Origin: Lytechinus pictus
Lineage: Eukaryota
Assembly: GCF_037042905.1 (NCBI RefSeq)
Contig: NC_087246.1
Coordinates: 53,692,001 to 53,756,000 of the forward strand
Reading direction: 5' to 3'
Length of the DNA: 64,000 bases
Shown here: in pieces, positions 24,914 to 38,402 of the stretch
Position numbering within the stretch: the first letter of the stretch is position 1
How the letters are laid out: each line of letters opens with the position of its first letter
The notes under the pieces: generated by a model
Databases searched by the model: none
The model's input: the letters and a program-made list of their open reading frames with translations, nothing else
What the model was told of the DNA's origin: nothing
Position numbers and translations under genes: made by a program

Positions 24914-27900
24914 CTGATGGTCCTTTAAAGTTAATCGATTTTATTTAAACTTAAATCATAAACACCTTTAATTTTAGTCGGTTACTTTGTATTTACAAAG
25001 TGATCAGTTTGAAAGTTAAAATGCAACGAAATAACAGAAGACTGTGATCCTGTCGCCTAAAACCAGTTAACTTGAAGGGATTATCTGCAACGAAATAGGT
25101 CAGAACCCAAAGGGCTAATGTCTGAAGACATCAAAATGGCTGGCTATGATTAATCTCATATCCTCTGAGGTATTCATCGTCTCGATGGGTAACATACCTT
25201 GCATGAAAATTTTAAACTACGATTTAACAAAAGGTTTTAAGTATACTATTCAGACTGTGCGCTTTTTAATCATAAAAAGTGCTTCCAGTGTAAAAAAAAA
25301 AAACTGGACAAAACGGGATTCATATTATATCCATAGGTTCGTTATTCAGAAGGTTCGAAAGATCGGAAATAAAATACTTTCCTGATTTTTACCATTTTAC
25401 CATTTATACAGATTCAACATGACTTGGTGCCCCTTTAATCACAATTATGGTAATCGCAATACTCGTAAGCTGAATAGAGCACGAATGGCATGAATATAAA
25501 TCTCATTTTCAGGGTTTTATTTGAGTTTCTTGAGACGTGTTAGCAGAAATGTTTGACTTTTATTAAAAGAGAGAGGGGCCTATAATATGGGGATCCACAT
25601 TTACCACTAAAAAATAGCCCTTTTTATACATACATATTACCTTTTTTTTTACCTTAGATATGTTAAATAAAATAATCAAATTACATGAACCAGCGTAGAT
25701 GACATTGCAGTATAGACAAAGGTATGATTTGAAAAATGCATTCTGAATAATCAAACTGTGTTAATTTAAAAACTTTTTGGCAAAAAGAAGCTGCTTAAAA
25801 ACTTTTTGTGATTCTCAAATCGAACGCGGTCGTCTTCTGTGTAATCAGAATATGTCAATGAACACCGATAAGGTTTCTGAGTACACTGTTGCAATATGGA
25901 CGACATGGCAAGTTGCAGAAGATAATGTCAATAAAGGTCGGAAAAGCAATTTCTTTGAAAAACGATACATATTGATTTCAACGGTTTGTCAGTGGGATGG
26001 AATCATTACTGTGAATACCATCTCGGTATATGTATGTGTATAGCTAAAGTGCTTTCTTACAGCCACCCTACAGCGAATTCACAGGCCATGCCAGTGGATG
26101 AAGGAAAATATACTTTTAAGGTTTAGGGTTTCACTATCGGGTCCATCGCTAATTTTCCTGACGCAATTACGTCCAAGAAAACTGCAAAGAGCTTGATAAG
26201 AAATACGCCCCCAAGCAGGGCCCGAGAGACGGAAGCTGGGGAGCCAAACTCGTCTCCTACCGCGCGGGACCCGCCGGCATAGCGGGAGGCGAGGTCCCGC
26301 TCTTTGATGAGATGTACATACGTGCATGGGCGCTTTTGACAAGTGAGGGGGTTATGAACAGTGTGCATATTTCCTTACCCCCGTCAGCTTAAAATTGTGT
26401 TCGTTTTGTCACGAAGACCAGAAAGAGAGGAAAAGATTAAAAGCTTATGAAGAAAGTATAACTATTCGAAATGTAGGCCTATGTCAGCCTCTATCTGTAG
26501 GCCCTGTAACTTTCAAAGTGATTTTTTTTTAATCTAGTATTGATTATACCCACACTTTAAAAAGTTGAGTAACTGCAGTTGCTGAATTAAAAAATGAAAC
26601 GACCAATAAACGACTTCTTTTACACTTCCAACGTCAAAACTTTTGTATTAACTTATATCAGTACATAATTGGGGACATGCAATTTCGCCGCCCACCTCAT
26701 ACCCAGTGCATGTTCATGATAATCATGCCATGCATGAAGGCTATTTGAGATGAGCTCTGCCGTCTGCTCAAGATCATTTTTTTTTGTAAAAAAACAAATG
26801 AAAGGGATTGTATAGGCGAAGACCCCCCCCCAATAAAAAAAAATCAACAACAACACACATTAGGCTTATTCTGTAAACCGTCAACAATCAATATAAATGT
26901 ATATTATTCGGTTTGTATGAATATCACGAACGAATTAGAAAATAGAGCATTTTTATTTTCAAAATACATATATTAGAAACGATCGAGTATTATATTATTA
27001 AGCATCTATGACAGTCGTAATACTGTTTTTCCCAGTTATTCGTTGACATTCCACATGTCTGCCCCCTCACTTGAATTTATTTCTTCATTTAATTACATTG
27101 AAGTCAATCAATCAAGTCAATGATAAGTGTTAAAATACTCAAAGATGTTCATTATTGAATGTCTCCTTGTTAAGTTCTTGTTGTTGTATGAGCTAAAATG
27201 GCGAGTGGATCTAGCTGATTGGTTGTGCGTGCGCACGTGACCAAGTAACTTTTCCTATATTAACGACGAAGACATCATAATCTTCATTGACATTCAACTT
27301 GCATTCAACAAAATAATAATGCGCATAGTCATGATTTTGAACACGAAAAACATCGCAAGAATCGAAAACAAGTTTTATTTTATAACAGTATTTTTTTATC
27401 AAGTAAATGTCTCCAATAAACATGACACAAAAGTAGGTATCCGAAAAATCAAAATGACGTTATATCTTTCTTTAAACTAATGTGTTTTGAATAATCCTTG
27501 TTAGAGTGACAATTATTGACAAAACATCCTTGTAAACAAAATCAATCGGTAAAATAATGCATGAATATAAGCAGACATTACACGCAAAACTTGTACTTTC
27601 AAACTTAAAAAAAAAATGTTTAATATGAGTTGTTATCACTGTGTACATATTTCTATAAAATCCGAAAGGGGTTGTATTTATACTAATGTACAAACACGAG
27701 AAATGTATAACAAGCTAACAACTTTTCACATTTTCAAATGAAAAGTTACACTGTCTTGGTATTATCTGTCTTAATATTTTAAACTTTAAATCCAAATACA
27801 TGTATTTTTTTTCATTATGATTCTTTATTATTTCTTACAATAATATTTTTTCCAGCCACCGCCATTCGCCATGCAAGTAAGACAAAGGAGTGAGAAATTT

Positions 27901-30900
27901 AACCATCAGTTGATTTTTTTGTTCAATTTCGATCTTTTTTAAAAACAGATTAAACAAGGAGTTTAATACTGGGTCGAGCAGTGCATCTTATATAAGTGTA
28001 CCTGCCATTAGCCTAAAATATTAAGATCATCATGGCTAATTAAGGCAAACTTAATTTTCTTAACTTCTATTTGTGCTTGTTAATTAACTATAACAGGTAT
28101 TTGCATCGTACAGTTTTTTTTTGCAAGTACATCCCTGCTCTTACTTTTGGTGGTAATGTAAACGCGTCAATGGACCATTCAAAGGTTACTTTGTTTCAGA
28201 TATCAGTATTGAAACAAATATTTTGATTGTTTAATAATAACTGATAAAGTAATGGGTGGTGGCCATCTTTTGTATATTCATCACGGTCTCGTTGTAATTT
28301 CCCAACATTTTCTCTATTTTTGTTTTCTCCACATGATTTCACTTCTATTCACTTCACTTTCACTTCTACCTCGAGTGTAACATGTTAAACCATGCTCTAA
28401 CCCTATACCTCGCGGACGAACGCACAATTGATTTTAAATCTGTATATGATTATGTTTACGAATTATTGTTATCAACAGTCATCTATCATGTTTACATTAA
28501 TTTTACTTTTTGGAATGGCACACATGTTCTTAGGCTCGATCACGTAACAATGCATATCGTTTCGACATTGTACAGGTTGCTGTATGTTTGAGATCAACAA
28601 CAGCTAATGTGACGATAATGCCATCATGCGCACGTCATAAATATTAAAGTCATGACGTACATAAGTTTACTGGAGTTACTTTTGAAATCAAAAGTTTCAA
28701 AACTCTGTTCAACTCTCATACTCGAAAAACGAAAAAGTTTTGCGGCCACTGTTATCGCCAAATGCATTCACTCAACACATTTATTTTCGTTAAGTTGTTT
28801 TCATGGCCCCTGTTCTCCGTTTCACTTCCGACAGAAAAGGGAACTTTTTTGTGAAATGATTCGAGCTTTCCGTTCTGTTGTACTGTGTCTCATTGAGTGT
28901 TCTTGTAAAGAGGTATAGGTATGGTTAATCAAAGAGGTTTTCTGAGTGGATGCAATCATGCTCAGGGGTACATCATACCCTTCTTACTCATCACTGGGTC
29001 ACATAATGCCTACATTTTCTCTTCATATAATGTTACACAACATGATGGGCGATGATGCAGAGATGAGAGCCTTTTAGGGCTCCTATAGTTTATTAGCTAA
29101 TGATATGAAAATTTGCGCGCCATCTGTTGCCACCGAGATGCTACACCAAACTTTGCCCGGATCGCCCCGCAGGTTTCGTCACCGTGCGGAACGCCGATAT
29201 TTTCTGGGGCTAAAGGGTGTCCCGTTTCAGCTGCGATAACAAGGCACAGCGGCAAACGCAGCGCCGAAATGAAATTAAGGAGTTTGGGGAAAAGGGAGAG
29301 AAAAGGTAGGTGGTTTACGGGCAAGAAGATCAACTGACATCACTTGAGGGGTTATTTGGGAGGGTTTACGAAGAAGGTAAGAGCCTTGAAAGTGAGCTTT
29401 TAGCGGATCTAGTTGATTGGCCTGATGTGCAACGGTTAGGGTGTCTGTACATGGTACGCGCTGTGCGCTATGTCGGGGTGTATCAAACTCCCGGCTTCAG
29501 ACCATCGCTGCATCATCCTACTTCCTCCTCTCCTCCTACTTATGTGATGATATCTACCAAGATGATGATGATGATGAGGGGAAGGAGGTGAAGGATGATG
29601 GGCCAGTCTGAAGAGCGATATGGCTTCGCGTCCTCCATCTATCTTCACACTTCAAACAAAACAATCCAAGGCTTACATTTTGGAGTGTGCGCGCGGTGCC
29701 ATGATTACGACAATATACTATCATACCCATTGCGCCGAAATACGTCTCGGTTTCATCGCTGTCTATGTTAAACCCAAACACTAAACCATTGTATAAGCAA
29801 ACACTTTAACAAAATAAAGATGATATCGTTTGGATATTAGAAAAGTGAATATGCACAATAGAATCCATAATATTAATGCAACTCAGTCAAATGAATTCAT
29901 ATTAGCAGTTAACTGGTAACATTCCGATGCACGCCACGAATAACGCGATGGTCAATGTCGCCACAAAAATAAACGTATAACCCCTATCACAAACTGGGTG
30001 ACATCTAGTTTCATTTTATTGAAAAACTCTTACCATGTCCACAGTGGGTTGTCTCAAACAAGCTAAACACAAATCATAGAAGTAATTTGGAATTAACTTT
30101 TTAAGCGTGATGTGAGTTTGAGCATCAGGGTATTGTTTCATGAAGCGTTTTGTAAGTAATTTGCACTGTCACACTCGCTCTCAGCCAATCACGTATAAGG
30201 GATTCAGTAGCTTGTTACAATTGTTAGTGGAATACCAATGATTAATTGATTTGTGAAAGCGATCCCCCGATCGTGCTGATAGGGTGATTCGAGACCGAAT
30301 GAATTAGCATGTGTTAAATGATCTCATGATGGATGTCAAATCAAAAGCGCTTTCATCGTTATGATCGTCATTGTTATAGAGACTTGGGAGAAACATCATA
30401 ATGAGTGGTATGCAATAACAGTGAACAAAGTGAACAAAAGAAGCATACAAATTGATATTTTATATTCAATTTTGTCTTGCTGTTGCTTGTTGATGCGATT
30501 AGTCACCACAGTGGCATAAATAATTGTTCACTATCTTGGGTAATGTTTTGTCGTTTTGTGTTCAGAGCAGACGTAACGAGAACTAGCGGTTTTTTTACGT
30601 TAAGACTATTATCATTCTACTAACGCCCTCTCTCGAACGCAAAGAATTATATCATCGAATATTCAAAGGGCTGCAATTTTAGAAGGTGCAGGATTGATCC
30701 TTTTCTTATGGTTTAATGTTTTGGAAGGATAAGAAGCAAATCTTCCGGAAATGCTGGTTCCATGGCTTTCTCATCATCTTTTTCATTCAGTGCTTCTTTC
30801 GATTCATTCCCATTACCAAGACTGATTATGCAAATTTTGGACTACAACTTTTGCATCATTTTCACCCGTGGATCCACCTAAACAACTATACCTAACAAAA

Positions 30901-30962
30901 CCTGAACATCCCTTTATAGTATTATGTCCCTTTGTGATGTGTAATGTCACTTTCGAGAGTCA

Positions 30963-31180
30963 CACTGTAAAAATGCCGGTGTTAAGTTAACACCAGCTCG
31001 GTATCGATATAGGAATACACCAGAGAGGTGTTGAAACAGCACCACTCCGGCTTTAGGCTAACACCAGATACAACACCAATCAGTGTTAAACAAATATCGG
31101 TTTGATTCTTCACTGGTGTTGTTTCAACACTTCCCTGGGTGTTTTCCAAGATAGATACCAGGCTGTTTTTTTTTTTGCAT
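30963..31180. mobile_element. CACTA-like MITE remnant with AACACC/GGTGTT subterminal repeats
   Basis: Starts CACTGTAAAAA and has many AACACC motifs in both orientations. Right end is degraded. Confidence 0.55.
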
Positions 31181-32306
31181 TTCATGACCTGAATGGAAAT
31201 GCGTTTGTGTGTTTATGCACGATACTGACATTACATAAATGTCTTCAAAACAAGATAATGTAACGTTTTAAAATTAGTGATATGACTTTCGAATGGATGC
31301 ATTTATCTTCTGCAACCAGTACGCGCCTGTTATACAATGGAGTTCCACCGTCTCATTCTTATCTTCTCTGTCGCCGGTCATACCTGGTTCAGAATGTGAC
31401 AACATTGACAATAATTATCTTCAAACGATGATTCAGATGATATAGTACCCGTAATATCGCTTTATTTCCCCCCCATTAATGCTAATTAGCTGTCCGATAC
31501 AGTTATATTTATTGTGAACAATTGTAAAAACAATTGTTCCCATGATGCACCTGAGCAGCTGAAAAGCAACCGATCGATATTAACGTGGTAATATCGCGCA
31601 GTTTAAAGGCTCCGAGCGCCAACGTAAGTTGTCGAAAGAATATGGTTCAAGTTTTGGTCAACGATGGGGATGATGGATATTGCTATACTCTGCCCACCCA
31701 ACCACGCCCAATTATTCTTAAATCGATTCTCAACGCAAAGTATGCCTCGGTTCTGTTTTGGAATTCCATGTAGGCCTATATGAGCATGTATATAGGCCTA
31801 TAAGTTGGTATTTATAGAAAATGAAACAGAAACACAAGCTGCGTTTCAAGCAAAGAGCTAAATAATGACTCGTTGTATTTGATCAGAATAGTTGTACTTC
31901 TCAAAAGCCAATGACTTTAAGGTCGACATGGAAGTTATCGGTAATCGTCAAGATTCAAGGTGGGGCGGGATGTTTGCTATTTTCTCCCCGCTCAGTGGTC
32001 GACACTCGACAGACAATTACGAGCTCTGTGACGAAAATGCTTGCAATCAATTGCAAAATGGCATCGATCATTCAAGATCGCTGTTGCATCGTGACCATTC
32101 CCTTTACAATTAACCAATCATAACTGCTCATTCGAAATTTGCGATAGGATCGCAAATGTTGACGAGGCACCGATTTTGTCGAGCCTTTTATCTTGACGAG
32201 ACGGACAGCACATGAATTTGGTAGATATTCTTATGTACGATCTGACTTTCGGCAACGGGGAATGAATCCTACAACGCAGCAAATGCATTGAAAATACAAG
32301 TCAAAT

Positions 32307-32457
32307 CACAATAAGGTCTTTGTCGAGGGTCGATGGTCTTTGTCGAATCGGCCGAACATCAGTTTTGTCCGACGTTTCAGAGCTGATGTCGTTTGTCCAG
32401 AGTCACCGACGACGCTGCTGTTTCGATTCGTCGACCCTCGACAAAGACTCCATTGTC
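32307..32457. mobile_element. Hairpin MITE (~150 bp)
   Basis: Perfect 18-bp inverted repeat GTCTTTGTCGAGGGTCGA (32316-32333 vs 32431-32448), extending outward to ACAAT/ATTGT. Confidence 0.7.
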
Positions 32458-33107
32458 AAAAAGGGCATTTTAGATTTAGATTTATTTATTTCCGTTCAAC
32501 AAAATTTTCAAAATATAATTAAAGTAACAATACATATTCAATATAATACAGACAGATCAATGGCATATTCGTATCAAATATTAAACAAAACTAAAGTGTG
32601 TTGCAATAATTTTATCTATGAAATTGTTTTACAATATATTCTCTACGTTCCAGAAAGCATCTGCGTAGCTGTTGCGAAATCTCCTTATTGAGAACTCGCA
32701 ACAACGACACTGACAATGAACCGGTATTGACGCCCACTTGAAATACCGTCATGCCTATATGTGCAACATGTATAGTCTACGAGCAAATAAACTTGAATAA
32801 AATGAAACCAGAAATCGTAGAGCATCAGACTTAAGATGGTGTTAGGGCAGTGACTCTTTTTTCACACCAGCCCTCAGTAGAGAACTCGGTTTACCATCGA
32901 GGGATGGGGATGAGAGTTCTTGTTTTATAATTCCCCAATTAAGACTAGGAAATCTCCAAATTCAAAGTCAGATATATTTCCCAAAATATAATTTGCAGGA
33001 ATTGCACTCAAATGAAATAAGTTTTTATTATTATTATTTTTGGAAACATTAATTCTTTGAACAATGTTAGTCCTAATGAATAATTTGTCCTTGTTATGCA
33101 CGCATTA

Positions 33108-33339
33108 CACACTTAAAATGTTGGGCAACATACTGTCCACCATGTTCGGTAATGTATGTTGGTAAAATATATATATATATATATTCTGGGCAATTATTAT
33201 CAAATTGAGAAAATTTATTACCCAATTGTTAGTTTTTATTACCCAATTTGGGCAGATTTTAACTAATAGTTGTGTGGACAGTATGTTGCCCAGGGTTGGT
33301 TAAAAGTTTGGCATTTTTTGCCCAACTATTTTAAGACTG
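33108..33339. mobile_element. CACTA/EnSpm-like MITE with TA flanks
   Basis: CACACTTAAAATGTTGGGCAA / TTGCCCAACTATTTTAAGACTG. Internal inverse pair TGGGCAACATACTGTCCAC. Confidence 0.65.
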
Positions 33340-36300
33340 TAGTAATATTGCGTAAATATAGGTTAATCTAAATGTGTTGCATGGGCCATTATGTGAATAA
33401 AACGAATATCCCTTTTTTTATTCCACTTATAAATAAAAGCTTTATTTGAACTTATGTTGATTGAATTTTGACTACTCTAATATGACACTAAGACTTAAAT
33501 CTAACAATCATTCTAAGACCTGGTACAGAAATTAAAAATCTTCAAAATTTCTAAAATAACCCCCCCCCCCCTTAAACCCTCCCTTAATTGTGCTCTTCTA
33601 TAAATAAAGAAAGAGAGGAGAAAAATTAAAAAATGAATAAAGTATAAATCATGACAAATCTGCCTCTTGATCTTTTTATTTCACATAATAGTCCTCTGGT
33701 CCTTTCCTTCATTCTACTGATTCCCATCAAAATTATGTAGGCCTATACACCAAAAGATATGGTAAATTAATATTTATCCTTAAAAAATCTTTGATATTCT
33801 ATAAGACTGAGAAAGGACTATGAAACCTAGGCAGAATGATGTAGACGAAAGTCCACCTAAATGAGGCCTATGGTTATAACATTTTGTCTTTGTTTGAAGT
33901 TATGACATCGATCCTCAAATCGGAAATAATGACTAGTGAGTGGGATGATGCCGGTAGTATCACTTTACCCAGCTTTAATTGATTACCGTTGTTTTATACC
34001 TTACTGAGGAAGAGATATGGTGAAATTCTGCTTTCAAATTAATCGTCGAAAATCTATTCCTTTCCCGCTCGAGCATAATTGCTCGCAGATGCCATGTTGG
34101 ACGAGTACTAATTACCTCCAAGCTAAAATGCTATTTCTAACTTCCCTTGTGGATTACTCAGTAATAATCCCTCATATTGCTTGACATCATCAACAAAACG
34201 TCTTCCCAAGTGTGAGGGGCAGAAATAATGGGTGAAAAGTCTAATCTTTATAATACTCATTTCGACTCATAGACCCGAGCAAAGGGGTACCCCCTGCTTG
34301 CCTCGAACATGGAACAGCCCAGAATGGCAATGACGGGATTATCGCCTTGAGGGCGCCCTAGGTGGACGAAACACGAGCGGTTTTCGAGGCGCTGCTGAAA
34401 TCTTTGCATTGCTTTGTGAAAATGTCGTCTGCTTGCAACCGCCTCCTCGGAAGCGTCTCCAATTCTTCCCCTTTCGCTCTCCCCTCTATCTCTCCCTTGA
34501 TGCCGTAATCCCCGTGGGTTCTAGGAGGCGTAGCTAAGGTCCGTACACAGCCTTGAGCCTCCTCCATTTTCGGTCAAATTAGAATTGCCTGCGAGAACGG
34601 GAGTAGAGAAGGAAAACGCGGGAGATCCAGAGAGAAAGAAGTATGAAACAAAAATTGAACAGAAACAAGAAAGATAATGCATAATAGAAAGTGCTGGAGG
34701 TCGTTTTTGAAGAAAGCATTGCCTGGATTGTATGTGTCTATATATCGTCAAGCGTCAGCTCAGATTGCCAGCAGCGTCAAGTGTTATTACAGGATACTGT
34801 TAATGGAAAACAAAAACCTCAAATAATGCAACTAAGAATTATCCAAGATGGGGATTTAGTTTCCTTGCATCTCGCCATAAACAGTAGCAGCTGTCGCTTT
34901 GATGTGTAAAATATGAAAATAATTGTAAGCGATGTGTGGGCACAATTCGCAAATTAGAGAAGTTTGTCACAGTTACAAGTTGACTGTGTGCGATGTGAGA
35001 GTGTGGGTTAGAGAGTGTGTTTTGATACACGTGTGATCATTCATCTCGTATGAAATATAAATTTCTATGCAATATTTGGTACATAAAAACATCATATTGA
35101 TGACAAACGGCTAGTAGAATAAATACAGTAAAGAGTCGAAGCGTAAAACTATAGAGGTCGGAGGAACCTCGTTTAGGTCCATATTTCAAACATCTTGTAG
35201 GCATGTATGAAGCCGGTAAAGGTTTTTTTTTTTGGGGGGGGGGTAGACTTAAACAAAAAACAAATAGGTTCTCGTTGACAAAGCTGGACAACCATTGAGA
35301 TAGAATGGATCGAAATCTATGTCTTCGAAAATCTGACTACCAAAAAAAAAAAATCATCATATTAGAAAACGGTCGACAGTTATTAGGGTATATTAGTTCC
35401 TTATGTCAGGCAGGGAGGGTCAAAATGTGGGTGACGTCAACCACGCGAACACCTAATTTTTTTTATAGCCCTGTGCGATATTCTAGATTTAGGATTGTCT
35501 AATTGCTTACTCTAATATTGATTACTATTTAAATGCCGCCCCCTTGACTGCGTGGGAGAATTCATAAAGCAGACAAACGAGTATTACTACTCTTTAAAAG
35601 CAGAGAGACTTTCCTCTATGATTCAGATTGTCTCGTCACCCACCTAAAGGGTAACTTCTCATGTCGTAAAGGAGATGTAACGAAAGGAAGACTCTGCCAC
35701 AGGGGGCGTTCTTAAATGAACTTCCGATATGGGTATATTAACACACACCTGTTGAAGGTACTCGGCCTACTATATATATATATATATGTATATATATATA
35801 CACACCATGTATAAATAGTAATGAAGAACCGGCCGAGTCGTCTGGCACCAAGAAAAAAAGTTTAACCCATGATATCACATCGGCTTCATACATTAGGGAT
35901 AAATGACGTCATGATTTTTCAGCGAAGTGTTTGTAATCATGATAATTATTTTTCTAAAAACCTATTATAATTATTTGCAGCCACCAATAGCTATGCTGTA
36001 GTTGTATAGGTTGCAATAAAAACTCTCAAATATTCCCAGAATATCACACACAAAAAAGAGATAAGAATGATAATCGAAGGTGATCTTATTATGCCAGTAA
36101 CAATGATGTTGAAAAGTAGTCACGTGATGACTTCAATAAATGAAAGTTATCGGTTTTATTCATACAGTGTCATGGGAACGAAATATGGTTTAACTTAAAC
36201 ACATTCATGAGCGTCATTTAGATGAAAGGGATTCGAGAAACAGGTGAATTGTAAATATTAAGATGTTTAACGTTTCCAGAAGGATCCTCGAGGCATAACC

Positions 36301-37207
36301 CACCCCATTTTTCTTCACCCCTCTCCCCCCCCCCCCTTCCCTTCCTTTCTCTCTTTATCTCTCTCGCCCTCTCTCTCTCTCTGACAAACCTTTGCTATCT
36401 GAGGCTCAATTATCTGGCTTTTTGACAATCTGCTGAAATCATATTTATTTGTTTTTTATGTTCTTCGAGTTAACTTTTGTCGTATCACCAATGTGCTTCA
36501 CTAAAACCCCAAGCTCTGTTTTTGATAGAGCATGGCCCTGTTGTCAAAGTTGTGATATGTATAAGCTACACACCAAATTACTCAACAAACAACCGAAATG
36601 GATTTGATTCTGTAAAAAATATGCCAATTCTTTAAATATTTGATGTACATTTTCAGAATTCACGAGATCATTGTACTGCAGACACGACATGGCAAGGGGG
36701 GGGTTGTCGGTTAATGAGTTCGTCGAGAGAGGGCTTAGCTATTCTTCCGAGTACCACTCGAAGTTGAGCTCTCTACAACACAGTGGCTCATAAAAACAAT
36801 ATATCCATCAGTGATTACCCGAATGTTGTATATATATGCGCTTTATCAAGATATTTACAGTATATAGCATATCTTTAGATTTGGTAAATCCCATTGAAGT
36901 CCATGTTACTTTAACAGTTCATTACTATATAATAAGTTTTGTTTTCATTTCATTTTATTTATTTCATATTTCCCGTATGACATTATTTTGTTTTACTAAC
37001 AAAAACGACAATGGAATGAAAAATGATCTCATGACTTGGATTGTAAATAAACAAGGTAAATGTAAACAGTAAAGTATGGAAAAAAAATCAAAGGCAACTA
37101 TCAAATAAATACTGCAAATTCGACTGTTACAATATAATGGAATTTTTAAAAAAATGAAGAGTATATGTGACAGAAAGGAAACTCCGAGTAGACTCATGTT
37201 GTTCGAG

Positions 37208-37254
37208 TTCGTTCAAATTTTCGACCTTTCGTTCAGATCATCTTCAGGAAGTAA
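37208..37254 (-). ncRNA. Degenerate minimal hammerhead-ribozyme motif (Penelope-type)
   Basis: Reverse complement TTC-CTGAAGA-T-GATCT(gaacgaa)AGGTC-GAAA-ATTT-GAA: core boxes and a 5-bp stem II are present; stems I and III are weak. Confidence 0.4.
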
Positions 37255-38364
37255 GTGTGTACAATAAAACGAGTTTTATAGAAACTGAATCAGTTAAGTG
37301 ACAAAGGTAACATAGCTCTAAATAAATGACAGGTAATTACCTGTAACTTTATTGACAGTCATTGACAAGATTTTATTGGCAATCAGAAAGCATCAATTGC
37401 ATAACACAGATATAGTAATTTACAAAGTATTACAGGGGTAAAACAATAAATGGGAGGAACATATATGGTGCGTTAAAAAGTCAGAGAAATATGATGGAAC
37501 CTACATTAAAACAAGTTGGTAAAACTGTAGGTTCTTATTAATGAGTTGTTAGGTGAGACGGATCTAATTTTATGACCATAAAATCCAAGTTTGATTTTTA
37601 TTCAAATACAAGAAAGGAAAGGGGAAGAGGGAAAATTTTTTTGCAAGGGTCAAATGAATATGCTGATCATATATTGTACATGTTGCATGCATACATGTAA
37701 AGTATGTATACATATACACGGTCATGTATGCACGAAATATAGATATACTCCCATAAATAGTTACATAGTTACATAAATTAGTTTTGGATATAGTCGACAG
37801 AAGACGGTTACATCCCGCCGCGCCGATGCTATATAGGACGTCAACATGGTCAATAGACGCATGTTTTGGATAAATAAAAACAGCAATAATAAGTCATTGT
37901 TCAGTTATGCATATTAGGCCGACATCATTTTTATTTTCCTATTTTTGCCCCAATGGGCAATTTTAATTACATTAAAAGAAAACTTGCACGTTTGCGAAAG
38001 TAAAATAATTATATGAATTATACAAGCGAATGGTTCAACATACTCCATTTCACAATAAAATTGTTTCTCTTCCCATTCTTATCATAAATGTAACATTCAT
38101 CTAAATAATGTTTTGATTGACCGTATAGATTAACTGTAGTATTACATAGCTAGGAATAGGATAAGACGTCAATTGGCTAACGTCGCATGATATTTGCTAC
38201 AATCTGCGCAATTCGGCTGATCAGAGGCGCCATTTTTCCCGAGGGTTGTAAGTGGCGTCAACTAAGAGAGCTATTAAAAACCACACCCTTGTGCGTTCGA
38301 GTTGTGGTCATTCGTTGTCTGATACTAAAGTGACCCCCGGTTGTCTATATCAGCCACGAGGCAG

Positions 38365-38402
38365 GAAAGACCATGGAGCTATTAATAGCTCTATGGAAAG
38401 AC
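38365..38402. mobile_element. 24-bp palindrome flanked by 7-bp direct repeats; probable P-element-type footprint
   Basis: GAAAGAC-CATGGAGCTATT-AATAGCTCTATG-GAAAGAC. Confidence 0.65.
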
